DNA from: Somniosus microcephalus
Taxonomy: Eukaryota
Length of the DNA stretch: 64,000 bases
Direction of reading: 5' to 3'
NCBI GenBank assembly: GCA_052327205.1
Contig: CM126218.1
Span: 70,494,001-70,558,000 of the forward strand
Part shown: in pieces, positions 62,737-64,000 of the stretch
How the letters are laid out: every line of letters starts with the position of its first letter
How positions within the stretch are numbered: position 1 is the stretch's first letter
Position numbers and translations under genes: made by a program
The notes under the pieces: generated by a model
Told to the model about the DNA's origin: nothing
Seen by the model: only the letters and a program-made list of their open reading frames with translations
Database searches by the model: none

Positions 62737-63576
62737 CCTGCCCACGCCCACGCACAGTCCAGTGTGGGGGTGGGAGTTGCTCGAAAAGGATCAAGAGCCC
62801 TCGCTGATTTTTCTCTTCTCCAGCTCAAGGCCGAAAGCCAACTCCAGGTCCCTCACCATCGCTCTGCTTCCCCAAGATGAGATCAACTAACTCAGGGGTC
62901 AAACCTTCAACCTTCCTGGCCCAAGCTACTCTGAATAAACTCGTCGAGTGATTGCTCTCAGCCCACAAATGAGTTTGTAAGCTTGTCTCTCCCCCAGTCA
63001 CCACCCCGCCAGTTATTTTCTCCCCTCCGTTAGGCTCAATTATCCTCCCTGTAACACCACCTGACATACCCCAGCCATGGGGTCGGATTGGGAAGCTGAC
63101 TGTTTCTCAGGCCTTGGCCAAAACTGCTTAGTAGACTGTGAGAGCGTCTGAGGGGGAATGCTCACTCGCCTTGCGATTTCTATCCCTGCCACCCCCCCTT
63201 AAAATTTGCTCACCAGCCCCATCAACCCCCCCAGGTCAGCAGAGACCAGCGACTCCGTGTGCGGAACTGAACGACCTGGCACCGTGTGTGTCAAAGAAAG
63301 AGAACAGTGGAACAGAATGATCTACATCTGGCTAATCGAAAACATTAAAACAGCGAAACACGAACGAGCGGCATCAATAAAAGGACTGCTTTCATCTGTG
63401 AGCTCCAAAAATGAGTTCTTTTTTAAAAAAAACAATAATGAACTTGAAAATTAAATTTAGACCCAGGGTCCACCTATGGTGGGCAGGAGAGGTCGAGGAT
63501 ATTTCCACGTTTTTAACGAGAGTCAGATGGGAAGTTCATGCAGCATTCCTCCAGAGCACCGCTGGCCGACACCCAC

Positions 63577-63734
63577 CTGTTCAGTGCCATGGTAACGGTG
63601 GCCCCTTGCTGCATCTCCTGGGACGCGGCCACTGCGACCTCTGCCAGAGAGGCCACGGCCTGGGTGGCTTCGGAGGCCTGGGTCGTCTGGATCGCCATTT
63701 CCCCACCTTGCAACGTGGCCCAGTTCTGTTCGAC
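63577..63734 (-). CDS. NRF1: NRF1 coding exon (158 nt); the gene continues beyond the window end
   Basis: acacag|GTC...; encodes VEQNWATLQGGEMAIQTTQASEATQAVASLAEVAVAASQEMQQGATVTMALN(S); donor AG|gtgggt; phase 2 joins the next exon to give AGT (Ser). Confidence 0.97.
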
Positions 63735-64000
63735 CTGTGTGAAGAAAGTGCAGGCGTTACTGAGAAGGAAAATCAGTGGGGGGGGGGGGGGGATATGCAC
63801 GTATTGCTCAGGACTTTAATTATTTTTTGTACTTTTTTATTAAAAAAGAAAAATTCTAATCTCCTGCTCCAACAAAGTCACAGCCAGTCGGGGGAAGGGC
63901 TTATCCCCCCCATGCGTCAAGCAGATCCATACCAGCTTTCAGACCGGTCAAGCCCCAGTTAAAATGAACATGGTAGCTCGAGGATACAGACACCTCCTCC

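Overview
Eukaryotic vertebrate genomic DNA, most likely from a shark or other chondrichthyan, judging by the repeat content (CR1 LINEs, Deu-domain tRNA SINEs, L2, Penelope, Gypsy). The only host gene I can support is NRF1 (nuclear respiratory factor 1) on the minus strand. Its last three coding exons are 63577-63734, 56138-56262 and 29433-29605, with canonical GT/AG sites and consistent phases; the 3' UTR may be long. The rest is mostly transposons and tandem repeats. These include a young full-structure Gypsy lacking RT and nested in a CR1, a second Gypsy 5' end, many CR1/L2/RTE fragments, a Penelope with a minimal hammerhead ribozyme, several MITE families with intact TSDs, and five tandem arrays. 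The most unusual signal is the Gypsy at 1-1070: it has no tRNA primer-binding site but carries a perfect 15-nt complement of its own LTR poly(A)-signal region in self-priming geometry. There are no prokaryotic features or CRISPR arrays. Repeat boundaries without TSD support are approximate, and family names come from recall rather than a database search.
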